From assembly GCA_049297395.1 (NCBI GenBank), contig JBAQUG010000221.1, positions 3,301-67,300 on the forward strand: DNA of 64,000 nt. The letters run 5' to 3'. Shown in pieces: positions 60,481 to 64,000 of the stretch. Numbering within the stretch: the first letter of the stretch is position 1; each line of letters starts with the position of its first letter. This DNA comes from Victivallales bacterium (GTDB lineage: Bacteria > Verrucomicrobiota > Lentisphaeria > Victivallales > GWF2-50-93). Below the pieces are notes generated by a model, which was not told the DNA's origin, did no database searches, and was given only the letters and a program-made list of their open reading frames with translations. The translations under genes were made by a program, and so were the position numbers.

Positions 60481-61833
60481 ATGACCGGAACAACATATTA
60501 CGTTGACCCGCAGGATGGAAATGATACACATTCCGGGGCAGCGCCTTCAGAACCGCTCAAGACATCCGCGTGTCGGCAGTTCCTCCCAGGCGACACAGTA
60601 CTTTTCAAACGAGGCAGCGTGATCCGCGACATGCTGCACACATGTGACGGGTCGGACAAAAAGCCGATCACCTATGGAGCCTACGGCACTGGTGGAAAAC
60701 CGGTTTTTCTCGGCTCAATGACGGCAAGTCTACCTACGGACTGGGCTGAAGAAAAACCTTCCGTCTGGCGGTTCACCGGCGCCTTTCCCAGCGAAGTGTG
60801 CAATCTGGTTTTCAATGGGGGTGAAATGTGCGGGAACCTCCGCTGGCAGATTGATGATCTGAAAAAACAGGGGGAATGGCACTACACCCTTATCGGAAAA
60901 ACCACCGGCAAATCACAATGTGAGACATCAGGAGCCGGAGGCATCCTCTATATCTTTTCCGACGGCAATCCGGGCAGTTGCTATTCCAGTATTGAATGCT
61001 CGCTCTGGGGCAATCGTAAACTGGCCGGCGGCAGTCATGATATTGTAATTGAAAATCTGGTCTTCCGGAATTCCGGCGTCCATGGATTTCATGCCGTCGG
61101 AGCTGAGAATATCACTCTCCGGCAATGCGAATTCCATTGCATCGGCGGTGCGGTCTGGAACAGGGAACGACGTATCCGCTTCGGCAATGCCATCGAGTTC
61201 TGGGAAGGAGGGAGGAATCTCCTTGTGGAAAAGTGTGTGTTCAAGGACATCTATGATTCCGGGGTGACCCATCAGGGCGGACCTCCCGCAGTTATTCCGG
61301 AACAGATCTTTTTCACAGGCAATCTTTTCATCAATTGCGGCATGGCCGCCTACGAATGCCGGGAACCGGCGGCAAAGGAAGTCTATTTTGAACAGAATAC
61401 CTGCATCAACGCAGGCGGTGGATTCAGTATGCAGGGGGAAGCCCCTCCGCGCCAGTCTGAAATCCATCCGCAGCCGATGGGGCATCATGTCTTCATCTGG
61501 CGGATTGTTAAAAACAGCCAGAGGGGCCATGTCTATATCCGCAACAATATTTTCCATGAGGCGCCCTGTGGGGCAGCCATCTATTCGATCATCGACCCGG
61601 CCGATGAACAGCAGTTCGTCATAGACAGCAACTGTTACTGGCAGACAACAGGCAGAGTGCTGGTCCATATCAACGGTAAAGACTACGCACCGACAGAGTT
61701 TAAACTCTACCAGTCAGAAACCGGCAAGGATCATGGGAGCATGCTTGCAGACCCGCTGTTTCTCGACCCGGAAAAAGGAAATTTCCGCTTGCAGGAAAAA
61801 TCGCCATGCCCCGGATGGGGAATCATTGAATAA
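60481..61833 (+). CDS. Right-handed parallel beta-helix (pectate-lyase-fold) protein
   Basis: Starts MTGTTYYVDPQDGNDTHSG, the usual opening of such proteins. PbH1-like repeat turns follow: VIENLVFRNSGVHGFH, AENITLRQCEFHCIGG and LLVEKCVFKDIYDSGV. The start is set at ATG 60481; the longer track ORF overlaps the esterase gene. Confidence 0.6.
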   Translation: MTGTTYYVDPQDGNDTHSGAAPSEPLKTSACRQFLPGDTVLFKRGSVIRDMLHTCDGSDKKPITYGAYGTGGKPVFLGSMTASLPTDWAEEKPSVWRFTGAFPSEVCNLVFNGGEMCGNLRWQIDDLKKQGEWHYTLIGKTTGKSQCETSGAGGILYIFSDGNPGSCYSSIECSLWGNRKLAGGSHDIVIENLVFRNSGVHGFHAVGAENITLRQCEFHCIGGAVWNRERRIRFGNAIEFWEGGRNLLVEKCVFKDIYDSGVTHQGGPPAVIPEQIFFTGNLFINCGMAAYECREPAAKEVYFEQNTCINAGGGFSMQGEAPPRQSEIHPQPMGHHVFIWRIVKNSQRGHVYIRNNIFHEAPCGAAIYSIIDPADEQQFVIDSNCYWQTTGRVLVHINGKDYAPTEFKLYQSETGKDHGSMLADPLFLDPEKGNFRLQEKSPCPGWGIIE

Positions 61834-61837
61834 ATTT

Positions 61838-63595
61838 ATGGAGACTACTGTTATGAAAAATGTATCAATCGTGCAGTCGCCCGCCTGGGTCAAAGATCTG
61901 ATTATCTACGAGATTGCGACCAAGGGGTTCACTTCTCCCAATGGCCCGGAAAGCGGCACGTTCAATTCGCTCCGGGAGAAAATGGAATATCTCAGGGAAC
62001 TCGGGATAACGTGTGTCTGGCTCACCGGCAGCCAATGGAGCCAGCCGGATCATTTTTACGGCATATGGAACCAGTATGCCTGCATCAGGCCCGACATGCT
62101 GGATCCGAGCCTTGGAACTCGTGATGATTTCAAAGGGATGATAGACGAGGCGCATCGCTGCGGAATCCGGATTGTCCTGGATGTGATCACGCACGGCGTC
62201 ATGAACGAAAGCCCTCTAATCCGCGAGAAGCCCCATTGGTTCAAGGGCGGCAGCTGGGGGATGACGGATTACGACTGGTGCGGCGGACACGGAGACCTCG
62301 ACGAATGGTGGGTGGATACCTGGGTCGGACTTGTCAGGGATTTTCATGTCGACGGGTTCCGGCTGGATGTGGCGATCGGTCGGTTCGACCTGTGGAGTCT
62401 GATTCGCAAAAAGGCTTTGGAGCTTGGACATGAGATCGTGGTGTTTCCTGAATTTGCCCCCGCCACTGCCGGCGTTACGGACTTTACGCAGGACGGATGC
62501 AGGTTGAGCAGAGGAGGAAGGCTGTCCGATGACGTTGCCGGTTTTATCGGCGATGCGGTAGCCAGGAGAAATCTCCTGAATATGTATAAGGTGAAGATAA
62601 CCTATGCGGATGGATCAGTGGCGGAAAGCCATACGGGGGATTTGAATGCGCTTGCCGTGGCCTATGAGGGCGAGTATAAGGAACTGAAGCAGTGCAAGGA
62701 ATCGGCATATGTCGAGCATGGCGGAATCCTGCGTGTCGACAACGTCGGCATCGATAAGAAGATTTCGCATATCGTCGTCTATGACGGCGAAAGATACGGC
62801 TGGGAACTTGGCATGACAGGCGACAGGTCGCTCAGGGCCAAAGGGAAGGCACCGACGCTCCGGCTAAATTTTCCGCTTCGGAAACAGGATGGACAATATT
62901 TGTCAATCATGCTGAGCAGCCATGACTACGGCTGGGAAGGTTTCCCTGCCGGTCAGAATCCCTATTTCGCGCAAGGCAGCCGGTGTTTGTTCGGGTACGC
63001 TTTCCTGTTCGCCCCGGCGATACCGATCTTCATGTCGGGGGAGGAATTCAACGCCGATTTTGTCCCTCTGCCGAAACTTACCCCGAAACTTTACGGCGGC
63101 CTTGATCATGGCAAAGGCACCTGGCTGTATGGCAGTTGGATCCAATGGGATCAGCTTGCCGCCATGGAAAAGCAGGAGATGCTAACGGATGTGAAAAAAA
63201 TGATAGGCATCCGTAGACGGGCAGCCTCGCTCATTCGTCCTTTCCGGATGGGCGAAGAGGCTATGACGCTGTTGCATGTTGATTGCGAATCCGACAGGCC
63301 CATTCCTGTCCCATATATGTATTATGATAAGAACCGGATGCTTATTGTCGCAGGAAACGCCGACGAGTATGCTGGCGTGGAGGTAAAATTCAAGATGCCA
63401 GTCCCTGTGGTGGAAAATCTTCCGTCGGGGAGCTTGTTCAAGGTTTCCGACCTGTGGAACGGTAAGGAGGCCGGCATGGCGACGGCGGCGGAATTTGAAG
63501 ACATGACGTGGACAATTTCAAAGGATCGGTCAGCGGGAGGCGGGCTGCTGGTTCTGGAACTCAAGAGCGAAGGGATGCCGGCATGCCGGCGCTGA
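61838..63595 (+). CDS. Alpha-amylase-family (GH13) protein
   Basis: Region I-like VLDVITHG. Region II GFRLDVA (nucleophile Asp). Region III-like VVFPEF. Region IV-like LSSHD. An alternative start is ATG 61853. Confidence 0.75.
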   Translation: METTVMKNVSIVQSPAWVKDLIIYEIATKGFTSPNGPESGTFNSLREKMEYLRELGITCVWLTGSQWSQPDHFYGIWNQYACIRPDMLDPSLGTRDDFKGMIDEAHRCGIRIVLDVITHGVMNESPLIREKPHWFKGGSWGMTDYDWCGGHGDLDEWWVDTWVGLVRDFHVDGFRLDVAIGRFDLWSLIRKKALELGHEIVVFPEFAPATAGVTDFTQDGCRLSRGGRLSDDVAGFIGDAVARRNLLNMYKVKITYADGSVAESHTGDLNALAVAYEGEYKELKQCKESAYVEHGGILRVDNVGIDKKISHIVVYDGERYGWELGMTGDRSLRAKGKAPTLRLNFPLRKQDGQYLSIMLSSHDYGWEGFPAGQNPYFAQGSRCLFGYAFLFAPAIPIFMSGEEFNADFVPLPKLTPKLYGGLDHGKGTWLYGSWIQWDQLAAMEKQEMLTDVKKMIGIRRRAASLIRPFRMGEEAMTLLHVDCESDRPIPVPYMYYDKNRMLIVAGNADEYAGVEVKFKMPVPVVENLPSGSLFKVSDLWNGKEAGMATAAEFEDMTWTISKDRSAGGGLLVLELKSEGMPACRR

Positions 63596-63772
63596 TGGAA
63601 ATATTTTTTGGATGCAAAAAACATATAAATGTTTGAATTAAACCATATATCGGCTAGATTTTCCCGCTTTGCCCATGAAAGGGCGGAAGCATAGAAACTG
63701 GAAAACTAGGTTCCATAAATAAGCTTGACACCTGTTTTCCGCAAGCAAAAAACAAAAAAGGAAAAGGAACTC

Positions 63773-64000
63773 ATGCAAGATCGAGCCAAACACAAACTTT
63801 GCCGACGCCTAGGTGCATGCATCTGGGGAAAAGCCAAATGCCCGAGCGCGAGAAGGCCGTATCCGGCCGGACAGCACGGGAAAACTTCCAAGAACAAACT
63901 TTCCACATTCGGAGAGCTCCTCCTGCAGAAACAGAGACTTAAGGTCTACTACGGACTTAGCGAGAAACAGCTGCATCTCACGTTCGTAGATGCCAAAAAG
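63773..64000 (+). CDS. rpsD: 30S ribosomal protein S4 (3' end outside window)
   Basis: This gene is not in the ORF track because there is no stop in the window. Hand translation gives MQDRAKHKLCRRLGACIWGKAKCPSARRPYPAGQHGKTSKNKLSTFGELLLQKQRLKVYYGLSEKQLHLTFVDAKK. It shows the S4 hallmarks CRR.G, PGQHG-type AGQHG, LS.(Y/F)G..L..KQ and YYG..E.Q. AAGGAA RBS upstream. Confidence 0.85.
   Translation, partial: MQDRAKHKLCRRLGACIWGKAKCPSARRPYPAGQHGKTSKNKLSTFGELLLQKQRLKVYYGLSEKQLHLTFVDAKK

Overview
This 64-kb chromosomal window looks like a glycan-foraging PVC-group bacterium (Lentisphaerota/Victivallales-like). That assignment is inferred only from the gene families seen: several prepilin-type H-X9-DG paralogues and many Gfo/Idh/MocA, AraC and CAZyme genes.

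Gene content, left to right:
(i) A polyol/sugar-acid-type operon at 1-5477: FAD-linked oxidase, two Zn-dehydrogenases, a PHP-like protein and a class II aldolase.
(ii) A ~6-kb restriction-modification-like island at 5936-11785. Its main methyltransferase gene is broken, and a 15-bp inverted repeat brackets the island.
(iii) Small regulatory and accessory modules: AraC regulators, an RsbW/RsbV-like pair, a ParE/Phd toxin-antitoxin pair, a YtrA-type GntR plus ABC transporter, and a fused HTH-GHKL-STAS-like protein.
(iv) A minus-strand oxidoreductase cluster at 20795-28465, rich in Gfo/Idh/MocA and URO-D-like proteins and including a 937-aa fusion of the two.
(v) AraC, HD-domain and ADP-ribosylglycohydrolase genes.
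(vi) A CAZyme region. It holds a 1872-aa multidomain secreted enzyme and two tandemly duplicated modules of [prepilin-like H-X9-DG protein, CBM-like secreted protein, CBM9-like/GH5/SGNH lipoprotein]. It also holds an orphan AAA ATPase and a LacI-headed third module of [prepilin-like, GH42-like, secreted protein, esterase, beta-helix protein, GH13].
(vii) The start of rpsD.

The intergenic DNA is unusually repeat-rich. It contains two MITE-like elements, one of them a foldback element with perfect 17-bp TIRs and a 10-bp target duplication. It also contains two families of ~40-nt hairpins, sequence-related AT-rich palindromes on gene ends, and a phased array of six different palindromes. All three prepilin-like genes carry a conserved 84-nt leader.

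I recognised no rRNA, tRNA, CRISPR array, transposase or integrase.

The best candidate for something new is the repeated coupling of a pseudopilin-like gene, with its odd conserved leader, to glycan-degrading gene sets. This is a PUL-like organisation with no pilus or T2SS machinery nearby.
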